DNA of 63,144 nt, the filler included, from Choristocarpus tenellus KU-1152 (lineage: Eukaryota; Protista; Phaeophyceae): the NCBI GenBank assembly GCA_964200185.2. It is 9 parts of 9 records of this genome, joined end to end, with 100 filler letters (N's around TTAATTAATTAA, not from the genome) between each part and the next. Parts side by side here need not be neighbours in the genome. Positions count along the whole stretch, not along the records: positions 33,651 to 41,779 come from CAXNAD020005100.1; positions 41,880 to 47,036 come from CAXNAD020011675.1; positions 47,137 to 50,736 come from CAXNAD020019023.1; positions 50,837 to 57,387 come from CAXNAD020007883.1; 5 more parts are not named here. One strand, written 5' to 3'. A program made the translations under genes and the position numbers. Under the pieces are notes generated by a model. That model was not told the DNA's origin. It made no database searches and saw nothing but the letters and a program-made list of their open reading frames with translations. Of this stretch, positions 38,860 through 51,545 are shown in pieces (the first letter of the stretch is position 1; each line of letters begins with the position of its first letter).

Positions 38860-40420
38860 GAGACAAGCACCCAAACCAACACAATCCCCGACTACAGCAA
38901 CAGGCCCCCTGCGTAGTATCTAGAAGAGTCCGTAGAAACAAGTTGCCTACACAGATCTTCATGGAAAGAAACCCATATTGTGAACATTTTGAGAGTTGAT
39001 CGAGAAAATAAAGGTCGTGCGTCCACCAACGCATTTTGACTCTCCCAACTTCCTCCCAAGTGGTAGTTGAAGATATCTACTGAACGAAAGTAAAGCAACG
39101 CCCTTCACAGGGCCAGAAAGGATGGACTCAAAACTTAGCCATCAATACGGTTCAAGCCTCCCAACTTCACCATAATAGGGGCATTTGAAGACATCTACTG
39201 CTCGTTGGTTTGAACACACCCTTTGCCAGTTTTGGTACCGGCCTCTGTGAGTGAACACATTGGCAAAGACCTTTAATCTAAACCCAGCAATAATTTATTG
39301 TATTTACGAGGTGACCCTGGCTTGGGCATAGTAGGGTGCAGGTTACTACTATAAATAATATTACTAAGTATTGGTGATGGGACGAGGAATGTGTGCGTGG
39401 AGGCAGGCATCCTTCATCCAAACCTTTTCAGAAACGTCTCCACTATGCCATGGGAGGCGGTCTTGTTTGATGCGTGGGATATGTAGGTAGTTGGTCCTCT
39501 ACCGATCTCGTAGGTTAGCCTGTAATAAGAGCCAAAGTAATTGAGAGGTAGAAAGACGCCATTTCGTACAGTCGTAGAAAGAGTCTTTGTTGAATTGTGG
39601 TGTGACTTTTTTTTGTGTAGAAAGGGGGAATATGAACTTTGCGTACACTGTTGTGCACATAAAGCAACGAAGTAAAGTGCATTGCACAGCAGGGTAAGAA
39701 ATATGACTTCAGATGTAAAATGCTACCTCTCAATTACTTTGGCTGTAAGCACCCCCTGACTGTACCGCACACTGAATGTGTTGATACTGCCAGTACCTTT
39801 CTCCTGGCGATATTGCAGTCATTCGGGAAGGTCTGAAGGCTTTCAGGAATATTGGGATATCAACCAAAGTGGGGCCGGAATCTCACCTGGACTGGTACCC
39901 CCGAGAGGTTTCGGCAGCTGCTGAGCGTGCCTGTATGATTCTGCCAGAGGATTAGGATATTTGAACTAACAGTAAAAATTATTAATAAAGTTTTCTTATT
40001 CAGGCACCTTGACAGCAATGTAAAACGGGAAGTCACATCATCATAAATAATATTATAGTGTCTGTCACAACACAAGTAGCTCTATCCAGATGTGTCATGG
40101 GTTTTAGGCTGGAGATATCAGGGAGATATGCAAGGAGGGACTTGTTAGATTCTTGGGATGCTTCCCTATCTCCTCAGTCTGGGGTGCAGGACTAAGCTGG
40201 GTTGGAGGCACAGACAGACAGGAAGGTAGGGGCGTAGCATCATAGCTGGTAGTAGGGGCGTAAATAGTAAATAGTAATTAGTAAATAGGAAAATGTCTTT
40301 TCACATTTACAACTGTTTCTCTTTTTTGAGGTTCTGACATTTGAATGGTTTTTCATTGGCTTTTCCCCTGACACATCTCCATAATGTCAGAGGGCATTAT
40401 AATTAAAATAGTAATAATAC
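38860..40420 (+). mobile_element. Decayed 3' part of a CRE-like LINE with terminal stem-loop and TAA-rich tail (5' boundary approximate)
   Basis: LAILQSFG and IVSVTTQVALSR remnants. The 3' UTR is homologous to 165-290 plus 3330-3452. Hairpin cccctgaca..tgtcagagggc at 40365-40395. Confidence 0.65.
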
Positions 40421-41045
40421 TAATAGTTACCGTCTTTTTCTTTTACCACCAATCAACATGTTTGTATGGGGCAATCATCACTAATCAGCTGACATATTTA
40501 CTGTTCGTTTTTTGGTTGCACCAAAGCAATACTGTGTTCTATACAGTAGCATGATTAGACACGACTTGTTTTTTGAGCACCGTTCGCCAACTGCTTGACC
40601 TTGTTGGTCGGTCAATGGCCAGATGGTCCACATTTATTTGAACTTTCCCCTAAATCCCCACGAATGAACACACCCTGCTAAGCATGCAGGACATACAGTA
40701 TTATTAGTGGTAATCGTAGTAGCAGTGGATGACCCTTTCAGATTGTGTCTTATCCATAATAGTTATCCAGTCAAGCAGTTGCATACTATGTCAAAGTAGT
40801 GAAGAAGAGGTACCCAGGTTTCGGTCATTCTGCAATTTAAGTCACTTTTTTCATATTTTGCAATTTACCCTTACTTCAATGGTTCAAGTCCTAAGATTGA
40901 CTTGAGACCATTGATTTCTATGATGTTTAAATAATTTTCAACAGTAATCAGAAAAGTTAATGTAAGCATTATTTGTACGAAAAGTCGAATTTGCACATTG
41001 TCAACATCCTTAAAATGTAACCCTGGGTATATATCTCGTTTACTT

Positions 41046-41261
41046 TCACTGTATAAGCAGCCTATCCAGCATATCTTGCAAAATCTGTCTCATCCCCTTA
41101 ACCTGTCCAACATACTCTCCCTTCTCGCCTTGTGGAAGACCGGAAATCCTCAGCCGATATCCCTTGCCCCTGGCCTTCCTGCGACACCGGACGAACTCAA
41201 ATCTATCAGGGACTGACCGCACCATTACGTCAATGTCGTCAGGTGACAACTCGGAGCTCAT
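41046..41261 (-). pseudogene. Possible DDE (Tc1-like) transposase fragment
   Basis: YVGQVKGMRQILQD resembles the G.PKG+RQ+L.ERG motif of a Tc1/mariner-related transposase family. This is a single motif only. Confidence 0.35.
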
Positions 41262-41331
41262 TGGGCGTCACAGTGTCCTGTGAGTGGCTTAAACAGTATT
41301 AAGCCGAGGTCCACCCACGTACAGTTTTGGC

Positions 41332-41618
41332 GGTTACCAATCTTGATTTTTTTTTGCCCAGCGAGTAAATCGACGATTAGCATATCAATTGAAAGCTCTT
41401 GATCTAACCTATCGATTTAGGCAAAGAAATACTTCCGCAAACATATTTTTGTGGTGATAGTTCATTCTGAAACATCTTCAAGGTAGTGCCCAAAACACTC
41501 GGTTAAAATTTAACCTTACCAAAATAATTTTGCGAAAGAGTTTCTTCCCGGAAATCGCTAGGTCAGATCAAGAGCTTTCACTCGATATGCTGATCGTTGT
41601 TTAACTCATTAGGCAACC
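41332..41618. mobile_element. Foldback/palindromic non-autonomous element
   Basis: Arms of about 100-120 bp: gcatatcaattgaaagctcttgatctaacct (41380-41410) against aggtcagatcaagagctttcactcgatatgc (41560-41590). Ends ggttaccaat / attaggcaacc. Confidence 0.75.
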
Positions 41619-41779
41619 TTTTCAAAAAAAATTAGGCCAACACTATATGTGCGTAGGATGGAGGGGTGATGGTTGTTGCGATGAGTTCGGACGCGGAGTC
41701 TGTTTTTGTAAGTTGGGATCCTTTTGTTACCCCACAAGTGGGGTCAAAAATCAAGTGAAACTCCTTCAGGGGGTCAACC

Positions 41780-41879
41780 NNNNNNNNNNNNNNNNNNNNN
41801 NNNNNNNNNNNNNNNNNNNNNNNTTAATTAATTAANNNNNNNNNNNNNNNNNNNNNNNNNNNNNNNNNNNNNNNNNNNN
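41780..41879. other. Artificial contig linker
   Basis: 44N-TTAATTAATTAA-44N. Confidence 0.98.
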
Positions 41880-42859
41880 CCCCCCCTCCCAGATACTTTG
41901 GGTCGTTTAGCGGACAGCAATAGTGGAAGGGGTTAGGCGTTAGAAATACAATCCAGGATCCGTGGCAGACACTTTCTTCGTTGCGATTAAGGATTCCTCT
42001 ATTTTATTCGTGTATGATGGGATTCTTGCGCACAAAAAAAAGACTGAGTCTACAGTGTGACACGGACCCAAAATGGCGTGCTCATAGCTTTCTGGTACAT
42101 ATCCTAATTTTGTTAGAAGTGGGTATTCAAGCGCACTGTTGTAGTGGACGTAATGTAAAGGTACAAAGTTATTGGAAACCGATAATGAGACCAAAATAGA
42201 TATGTAGGGTGACTGGTCTGAAATGGTGAGGTTTGACTTAGATGGCAAATTTCTATGCTTGGGGGTTAGGCACGCGATGTCAGTGTCAGAGGTGAAAAGT
42301 GGAGAATGTTGCGCAATATTGTATGATACAATGCCAAAAGAAGTGGTTGGTGATGTCTTGTGACGACCAACACAAAACATCAAAAGGACGAAGATATGTA
42401 AACATTCGTGTGGGTGAGAATATATGGGACACGCGACAATCTAGAGGAATAACTGAAGGAGAAACGAGACAATGTGTTCGAACCGACTGTATTCTCGGTA
42501 GTCAGGCGTTTACCAGTGTTCCAACAACTGCTACTCTCCAGGGATCGAATCTCACCGAGGTTACATCTGTCAAAAGGCTGAACACGCCGCCAGGATACAT
42601 ATCTGTCAAAAGTCTAAAACACGCCGCCAGGATTTACAATAACACCCTAGTAAATTCCCCGCCGATGCCGGTCACTGATTTTAGAGGGATAGCAACTAGG
42701 GCGAGACCTCAACAAGTCTTACAACTTGTGATCCCCGGGAGTAGCTTTTGTTGAAACACTAGTAAACAAACTCCTGAGCTACATCTGTGAGTAGGGCAAA
42801 GGTTTGTGATGAAGATATAGTTGTATGTCGTACAATGCTTTGGTAGCTTGCCTTCGTGT

Positions 42860-44260
42860 TCATCGCTGGCGTTTAGAGTACCACCCTTGGAGTATTTTAC
42901 GACATTGTAGAATAGATTGCCCTTTTCCACACCTTGCAAGACAAGGCCCTTTATCACCTGACATATTTTCAGGGTTTGGGGACCGTTGTTGATCAGAGGG
43001 GTTGTCGAACTTGTGAACTGTAACGAATGACAATACGAACGACAGTCCAGAGCAGAACTTCACACTCCCTGCGTACCTCTTCGGACAGGTTGTAGTTATT
43101 GTTTGGAGAGTAGGGTTATCAGAAGTCCCATTGGAGGAGTCTTCCGCATTGGGGTCGATCCCAACATCGCCCTTCCTCTTGAGGTCGTTCATGACCAGGA
43201 TAGCGACCTCAAGGACAGCCCCTTTGATGAGGACACCCTTGAGGTATATCCTCCTTGCATGCACAACTCATAGTTTGGGTGTGTCCCGTGAGAAACTCCT
43301 GATCGCTTTGTGTGCGGATTTCAAGGTGGCATCGGCGGTCCCTGGCTATTTTTTCTTCCCCTTCCCTCGTGCCATCTTGGGTTGATCCTCATGGGGTTTG
43401 GTCTGGGGCCGTTTGTTCCTTTGACCTCTCAGAGTCTTCGAAAACTGTCATGGAAGAGTGAATGGGGAGTGGGCAAGTTCATGAGTTGTGGGTCAACGAG
43501 TGAATGATAGTTTGTGTTGCGGCAGCGTCAGCGTAGTGCGCACGTTTTTACAGCAGCTGAGCAAAATCACTCTCAAGACTGGGCGTACCCATTCATCTGG
43601 GAAGTTCTCCGTGCCGACCACGTACGAGAGAGAGTGTGTGTCTGACGGTAGTTTTTTGGCTGCCACGTGGGAGAAGACACGTGCGGCGACCTCTACAATG
43701 TCGCTCCAATTGTAGTCTTCAGGGGTCTCTCCTCTCAAGATGGAAAGTCCCCATCCCATCCCTGTCTTGTCGCAGACCATGAGCATCTCATATCATTAGT
43801 CTCTAAGCAGTGTTTTTGTTCACCATGTCTCCTAAAAATCTCCTGCCAAGATATCAGTGCACATTCTTGCGAAATGCTGTACTCTGATCTCGTTAGTGAC
43901 CTACACAAAGGGAGGGATACATTGCACGTTTCAATTTGGAACTGGGGCACGTGCAGGCAGGATTGCAAAAATGTCAGGTTAAGACTGTGCAGACGGACGA
44001 ATATATTGTGTGCAATGATCGAATGTCGCCCAGCACAACCACACAGATACGCCCCCGCAAAGTTGTCCCAGTGTGTGGGGGATTAGGGTTAGACCACCTG
44101 CTTTCTGTACACATGGGTGAACCCCCCACTGTTCCTGAGGGACTCAATGGTCACATCTGGGTTGGCGTACCACATCGCAGTGAAGGAGTGTACCACCCTA
44201 ACGTCGAACTTGTGCTGGTCGGGGGGTGTATGCAATGCGTTGAGGGGAGGGCGACACGTT
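42860..44260 (-). pseudogene. Decayed ORF of unknown family
   Basis: Successive protein-like minus-strand frames (DQHKFDVRVVHSFTAMWYANP; ORF 43493-43786; ORF 42860-43264) broken by stops and frameshifts. Confidence 0.4.
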
Positions 44261-44275
44261 AATCACTGAAGCAGG

Positions 44276-44527
44276 TGTGAACGTGACGATGTGTGTTGAC
44301 ACCTTTCATAGGCAGATAATATAATCCTTAGCGGTTATCACTATGTGCAATTTCCATCACTGTCAATGGCAAATGCTATTATAACGTAAGATATCCTAAT
44401 TTATTCGCAGATAATCAAACGTTTAAAAGACAAATGAAAGAGACTACGTGTAACAATTATTTCAGAAAATCGATTCACTGTGGAAGTGTCGAAGGTGCCA
44501 AGTTCTCTGATCAAGGGGGCAATCACA
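44276..44527 (-). mobile_element. Putative 3' LTR (252 bp, TGTGA...TCACA) of the chromodomain-bearing Gypsy
   Basis: 5-bp terminal inverted repeat. It lies downstream of integrase, and the adjacent sequence aligns with the PPT region at 3150-3185. Confidence 0.45.
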
Positions 44528-44801
44528 ATCACCGGAGTGAGCTCTTCCACCTCAGAGGGTGAGACCGAGTTTCAAAGGTCTTGGCCCAACATCTCAAAGT
44601 CAGTTGAGGGAATCTAGAACAGAACAAAAACCTCAAACACAACAGATATCCCAGAATGAGCAATGTCACAGCAGAGAAATGGATTAGTCAGAATCGGAAT
44701 GGATCTTCTTTCTGACAGTCCATTTTGACTGTTTGGTCAAATCCGGATCTTATGGGTGTGATTGGTTTATTGGACTGGTCGGTACGGAATCTGGTGGCAA
44801 C

Positions 44802-46994
44802 TCACCAGGCCGGGAACCCTCTAGTACTGAGGCATTTGTCGCACTTCCCGTTCCACAAGGAGGGAGGGTTGTCACAAGTATTAGAGGAGGCTTGGTTGCT
44901 ATTCGGTGGATGTCCGGTTGGCGGTACTACAAGTACTTCAGCTGTTGTAGTGGCAGGTGTCTTTTGATTATGACAAGTCGCTTTGTCAATGGCTTTTACA
45001 TTAGGGAGGTCCAACTTGTTCTCATCCCTATAGGCTACGACCATCTCTGCACATTCAGGTATTTCAGCAGGTTTGCGCCACACATCTCTGGCCGGTGAAT
45101 ATCCCTGAAAGCGAAGTCGGTACAAATAATTTCAGGTACTCTTTCTTCCTACACCACGTTTATGATCAACAGTGCCCTCTATATTGTAAGATCCAATCAT
45201 TGGCTGTCTTTGACCCCTGATCAAGATTCGGTTCGGGTAAAATCCGACCTAAAAAGAGTGAATTAAGGGCATCTATGTCAGGCTCTGTGGCTATTCCTTC
45301 CTTGTAGGGTTTAAGTCTGGCCAGATGAACTGTCACTTCCCGTCGATCTTCCAATTGGTTTACGCAATATACAACAGGTGTTATATGTGCCTTCACTTCA
45401 TATGGTCCTCTCCATGGGGACAATAACTTGGGGTTTGGTGCATCAGCTGAAGTATGAGGTTTGTGATGCCACACTTTATCTCCGAATCCATATAGTGGGA
45501 GTTTTATGGTTCACGTTCTTCGATTCGTTCCTTCAAACCATCTCACCAATATTACGCCGGGCTAATTCATAGGCTAGCAGTAAATTCTCAACTGTTTTCA
45601 TACTGCATTCTTGTACAGTTATAGGGGTGGCCTCAGGGACCCCAAAAATATGATTAATTGATAAAATTGGGCGCCTCCCAAATATGAGAAAAAATGGGGT
45701 TTCTTGAACAGTGGTATTATAGGCTGTATTATGTGCTAACTGTACAAAGGGCAATAATGAGACCCAGTCAGATTGGTCCATATTTGAGTACATGGCCAGC
45801 ATAACATGCAGTGGAGAATGAATACGTTCACATATACTATTGCCTTGCGATCGATATGCCGTTGTCTTGGTTTTAAGATATCCATACACTTTACGTAACT
45901 CAGTCAGGAGTTTATTCTCAAATTCTTGCCTTGGTCGGAGTGGAGCGTTTCAGGAGGACCACGAAAGATGGAAAAAATACAGTTGACGAGAGCTTTAGAG
46001 TGAAAGTATCTTAGAGGGTACGAGTTTTGCCCTGTTTGTCCATATGGGACTTGGCTTCGCACCTGTTTTTTATGACACATTATCTACTCCAAAATGTTTT
46101 AAAGTAGGTAAAATGTGTATGTTATGAAAAGGTGTGTTCGGAGCAAGGATATTGACACTTCCTAACAAACACAATAGCCAAAATTACATCAAAATCGCCA
46201 CATTGGATTTTGACCCCCAGATGGACGCGGCTCTACCCTCTAAGATAATTTGACTCTTTACCCACGGTTTTTTCTTGTTGATGTGCAATGCCAATCAAGG
46301 TTGCGATTCTTGTAAGATGACCTACGGCGGATAACACATATTTTGCACCGTCTGACGTCGTCTTATATTTGACTAGGTCAATAGCAAGTCGTTGAAATGG
46401 ACGTGTGACAGGCATATGTTCGGTCGGTAATGGGGTGAGAGTGTGAGAGGTCTTATGCCTTTGACGGGACTGGCAAGTTTCACACCACTCCCTCACATCC
46501 TTATGTAAGGTTGGCCACCAAAATCTATCACGAACCCGGTCAAAAGTGTGTTTGAAAGCAAGATGGCCTGCAACTTTATGGTTATGTAGGGCATGTAAAA
46601 TTAAACCCCGAACCTCTACTGGGGCTACTAACTGATCACGAAATTCTCCGTTTTTTCGAAGGTGACCAGGTTGATACGACCGGTAGAGTAAAAGTCTATT
46701 TTCTTGTTCTTGAGTGAAAAAATATGATATGGTGTAGGCCGTTTCCTTACTAGGTAATGCTGTATTGCTTGGGTCTGCCAGGTATTGAAAATAAGCTTCA
46801 AACTGCTCATGTTGGGCCTTGGCTAGAACTTCCGTATCAATTACAGAGAACACATTGATGGAGCTTGCAAAGAACTCAGAGTCATTTGCCACTTTAGTAA
46901 TTTCACCTAGTCGATCCACAGACAATTCATAGGCAGGGTATAACTTACTTGCTTGAGAATTGCACCAGTGGTTTTTGCACCGACATTTCGACAT
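44802..46994 (-). pseudogene. Ty3/Gypsy integrase with GPY/F motif and chromodomain, interrupted by a MITE and frameshifts
   Basis: HHCC: HNHKVAGHL..FWWPTLHKDVREWCETCQS. Core: PFQRLAIDLV..HSDQG..TTAYRSQGNSICER..WVSLLPFVQLAHNT. KLLSPWRGPYEV. Chromodomain: YRLRFQGYSPARDVW..CAEMVVAY. Confidence 0.92.
45998..46256 (+). mobile_element. MITE family B with 4-bp TSD (TTTA), inserted in integrase
   Basis: Flanked by ttta at 45994-45997 and 46257-46260. Removing the element and one TSD restores the in-frame QQEKTVGKALVN. Confidence 0.93.
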
Positions 46995-47036
46995 ATAGGG
47001 ATTAGGGGTGCTGGTTGGCTCAAAGTATCCGGGGGG

Positions 47037-47136
47037 NNNNNNNNNNNNNNNNNNNNNNNNNNNNNNNNNNNNNNNNNNNNTTAATTAATTAANNNNNNNN
47101 NNNNNNNNNNNNNNNNNNNNNNNNNNNNNNNNNNNN
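47037..47136. other. Artificial contig linker
   Basis: 44N-TTAATTAATTAA-44N. Confidence 0.98.
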
Positions 47137-47175
47137 CAAATGGACGAGGCCCTACCCTCTAAGATACTTTGGCTC
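47137..47175 (+). mobile_element. Right end of MITE family B at contig start
   Basis: caaatggacgaggccctaccctctaagatactttggctc. Confidence 0.8.
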
Positions 47176-48591
47176 ATTTCAGGCTCACTACCATCCTGAC
47201 CCTCACTCTTGCTTAAGACAAACAGGTATTGAAGATAAATAATTGGCACGATCACAATAACGCTGGAGTTGCCAAAATATACCTGAGCAAGGAAAGAGTC
47301 AACTGACCAAGAAGCCCTACAATTCATTCCTCAATGAATGATAGGACATGCATACATGCATGCAATGTGAACTCAGTTTTCTTATTTCTTAATGGTAAAT
47401 TAAACTTTTCCCACTTTGAAGGTCCATGTTGGATGGGGACCACCGCTGCTGTATGGTATGGCCCAATACAGCTACACACCTAGCATTAACTCGGAGAAAA
47501 TTAACCCGCACTAATTCATTCAGGACTACTACAAAATTAATGTCATGACTATGGGTTCAGGATTGAGTATAAAAACAATGGTGCTGCTGTAAATATTTTG
47601 AAGTACTAGTGTAATGCTTGGGCAAAGATCTGCTAACCCCAGCCCCAAAAAGTAGATCCCAACATTGTAAGAGACTCCTTACTTGTAATGTTGGGAAAAG
47701 GTATTGGGAGGGGGTGTTCACAGCCCTGACGAGCTATAGAGGCACGATACCTGCACACGCCTCTTTACCCATCCATCATCTGCATTTGTATTTCGTTGCA
47801 TCTCCATCAATAAAAAATAAAAAATAGAAAGAGGAAGACAATTGATTGGATCGTCTGCCATTCTGCCACTTGTGGTCCGAGAATTTGATAAATAAATGCG
47901 ATAAATTAGAATGCGTATCAATTTATCAAAAAAAAAAAAAACTGGAGTTGTGCGAGGAACGTGCTACTACAGAAAAAACCGAAATTTCTCCCCCAAAAGA
48001 GGATATTTAGGTGTGTAGCCTAAATAAATGTACTGGACTCTATCGGTGAAAATCGCCTGATATTCCTCAAAAATGCCTTTGATATTGTTCCAAGATCAAG
48101 ATAGGCCGCATGCATCACATTCCTCAAAGGCATACTCACTCCCACGGGGGGGGGGCAAGGCGAGGTGGACCTGCCCATTACAAGAAAGAGAGATCAAAAC
48201 CACACAGGTCACTTCTCCACATAAGGGTAATAAGTATCTTCTCTTTTTATCGTAACACCATGCACCATCCTTCAGTCCCTTCCACTTCCATACACAGAAC
48301 ACAACAATCCTAATCCTAACCAATGCAATGAAATACAAACTCTGGAGGATACAAAAATACATGCCAACAACACACACAAGCCTCTCCCTATGTTTTCTGT
48401 CTTCTGAACTCAAAATCACTATCCAGACAGAGAGAGAGAGAGAGAGAGGGACCTGCCTCTGTGCAACTTTGTTGGACACCTCATCAAAAGAATGAATACG
48501 TTATTGGATAAACCACGTTATTGAACACCTACTGTAACAAATCATTGACCATGCTGTAACTCCTTGACAGAAACACTACAGTCCTCATATC

Positions 48592-49646
48592 CTAGCTCAT
48601 GGCCAAGGCAATCGGCTCTCCAGTCTCTAGGTTCATCAGGCGCTCCTCTTCACCAAGCACAAGAGGCCCGCCACCAGCCTGAAGAGTTTGGAGACAAAAT
48701 AAAAAAATGGGGGGGGGGGGGAAGGGTAAGGATAAGGGTAAGGGCAAGGGCAAGGGGATACCGATGGTTGGGACATACAAGAAGGCGAAACGAACAAAAG
48801 CTGTACGTATGAACAAACAAAGAGTAATATCCAGTCGAGCTGTTTGGGACGTTTGTGCCAAGGTAGATAGATTCGTGGTCCAAGGTAGAGATGTCCCACG
48901 CACCAACACCGAAGGAGTCTCAAAAAAGAGGAAGGACAATGCGGATGGATGGATGGGTGGATGGATGTCTTACGAGGACAACAGTCTCTCCTATCGTGTA
49001 ATGAGACAATGCCACCAGTATTCGATGTGAGCTAAGGAGATATCTCTCTTGTCGTGTAAGGAGATATCTCTCTTGTCGTTCACTCTCTGTCAGGGATGCC
49101 ACGGGGAGGGGCAGGGGCGTTTCTCTGCATCCCCATCTATGTATGAACAGTCCTAAAGAGGAAAGAAATAATCGAAGAGCATCAATACGATACTGTTCTA
49201 GGAGTAATACGATACTGTTCTAGGAGGAGCGCACCACCGGCAACACTTGTGCACCGCCAAAGCCGAATCTCCTGCCCTAACTCTAACCCTAACCCTAACC
49301 CTAACCCTGAGCCTAAATGACGCTACTACTCAAATAAACAAACAAAAAACACAATTACTAGGTACCACCACATACAAAAAAAATATCAATGGGACACACA
49401 ACAGGCAAAACAAACACCTGTCATACACCACCACGTAATAAAACAAAAAATATTTACTGCATCGCACAAGCGAAACTGTCGTTCTCGACCCCATTCAACA
49501 CACACGGCCTGTGAAGGTGTCGCACAAATGCTCCTTCAATCAGAGGAGCAGAGCAGCAGCCTTCCCTCGAAAACATGAACAACACGGCCTTTCTACAATG
49601 ACCTAATATTTTTGGTTCTCCACTCCACCTCTCGGCCTCACCACAC

Positions 49647-49694
<48 letters not shown>

Positions 49695-50109
49695 GACCAC
49701 CTCATGGAAGCAACAACAATTAAAATCCCCTCCTACACCCCCACCCCCACCCCCCCCCCCGCCCCCGGACAAAAGCAAAAAACTGTTATTTTTTCTCTTC
49801 CTTCACAAGGAAGTCCACTACTATACTTCCTTCAATATGCACACCAAAGTAAAGTCGGAATTTATAAAAATTCTAAGAAGAATTTATTCTGCACAACTAA
49901 CTGCACAAAAAGAAAATATGCAGTGGGTTGAAGTAAATGTTTTTTTCAATTCTTGTTTTTTTTTTCTCACCTTAGTGTAGTACATACGCTTCACATCCCC
50001 CCCAGCCCCGTCCAAGGCCCTGCCTGTAGAAGCACACTTCTGGAGCAGGTCTTCGGGCAAAGATGCACCTGCAGCAGAAGCCTCCTCCGCTATTGCCGAG
50101 CTCACGAAC
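48592..50109 (-). CDS. Probable 3' exons of an unidentified gene
   Basis: Exon-like blocks with splice signals: ~50109-49989 (FVSSAIAEEASAAGASLPEDLLQKCAS..), ~48918-48809 (SFGVGAWDISTLDHESIYLGTNVP..YYSLFVH), ~48677-48592. The joining is not resolved. Confidence 0.4.
49275..49316. repeat. Short interstitial telomere-like (CCCTAA)n tract
   Basis: ccctaactctaaccctaaccctaaccctaaccctgagcctaa. Confidence 0.7.
49651..49690. repeat. (GA)n microsatellite
   Basis: About 20 GA units. Confidence 0.95.
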
Positions 50110-50693
50110 CTGGTTGGCGTGTTTGGAAGGGAGGGAGGAGGAAGATTACTATAAGGTTGAAAAAAAAATCACCTGTTCTGAATATCCAGGGGGGGGGGGT
50201 TTCCGATATCCCTCTCATCACAGTTTTGAAAACTAAGAAATGCTTTTCATTTAAAAAAAAATTAAATAACAGGAAGAGTCCTGTACTGTACTGTCGCAGC
50301 ATCGAATTTAAATTAATTCAAGAGTTTTCGTTCGAATTTATAAGTTAAAATAGGAAAAAAAAAAGAAATGTACTCCTATACAAAAAAAGGAAATCATAGT
50401 AATAAATCAAAGGGAAACTAGAAAATACCCTTTTTTCAGACCTGTTCAAACGACTATCAAAGAAAAAAGAAAACTCCGTCTGCCATTCACACATACATCA
50501 TAAAAAAAGAATATTTACATGACGTACTACACATTCGCCAATAGGAAGTGCCATAAAAGTGCAACACAGCACCATAAAAGTACAACACAGTACCAAAATG
50601 TTACCAAGAAATTTCACACAAGAAAAAAAAAACACCTCATCCTTCCTGCACCAAACGGGGATTCATTCCCCATCAACAATTAATATATAAACA

Positions 50694-50728
<35 letters not shown>

Positions 50729-50736
50729 ACCCCCAC

Positions 50737-50836
50737 NNNNNNNNNNNNNNNNNNNNNNNNNNNNNNNNNNNNNNNNNNNNTTAATTAATTAANNNNNNNN
50801 NNNNNNNNNNNNNNNNNNNNNNNNNNNNNNNNNNNN
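50737..50836. other. Artificial contig linker
   Basis: 44N-TTAATTAATTAA-44N. Confidence 0.98.
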
Positions 50837-51304
50837 CCGCCAAGACAAGACGAATACAGTTGCACTCATCTTGCAGGGAGGCAGGGAGGTAGGGACCCAC
50901 AATCAGTGACATCACGACCAATCACAACTATATAGTCATCAGCACTCGAACATGAAACACACAAAAAACTTATAACTTACTGGGAGCTCCGCCCACCCAC
51001 CAACACACACACACGTGCATAGTGTTTGTGAATCAGGGCCGACCATAATCGACCCATACCCGATGGATTGTGATCAACTAATGACCCAAACGCCTTTTCC
51101 ACACACGCTATCCGAGTGCGTACATACGCCTTCCAAAGATCCAGTTTGTGACACGTGCCATACATGTATATAGGAGTTTGTAAATACATATAAATATATA
51201 TATATATATATGCCTCTGTCCGCACAAAACACTCCCTTCACCCCACAATAAAAATAACGACCAAAAAATAATCCTCCATGCGTGTGATCGCCTAGAGGAC
51301 AGCA

Positions 51305-51545
51305 GAGTCAAAGCATTGGAGAGGATGGGAGCTTTGCCCTGTTTGTCCGTTCATCCGGAGCTCAGATTTTTTTTTTTTTTTTCGGTTCTCCTTGCGAACA
51401 CAGTTTTTACCTAAAAGTTAATACGACTGTGAAAGGATACCGACACTTCCTAACGAACACGATACAGCCAAAAAATTATGCCGAAATCGCAACATCGTCG
51501 GATTTACGACCCCGAACGGGACGGACGCGGCCCTACCCTATCAAC
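51305..51545 (+). mobile_element. Diverged MITE family B copy
   Basis: gagtcaaag..tttgccctgtttgtcc..gacacttcctaacgaacac..aaatcgcaacat..ggacgcggccctaccct. Confidence 0.75.

Noticed and set aside
383-46994. gag-protease (contig 1) and integrase (contig 6) as one element
   Set aside because: They are on different contigs and their putative LTR sequences differ.
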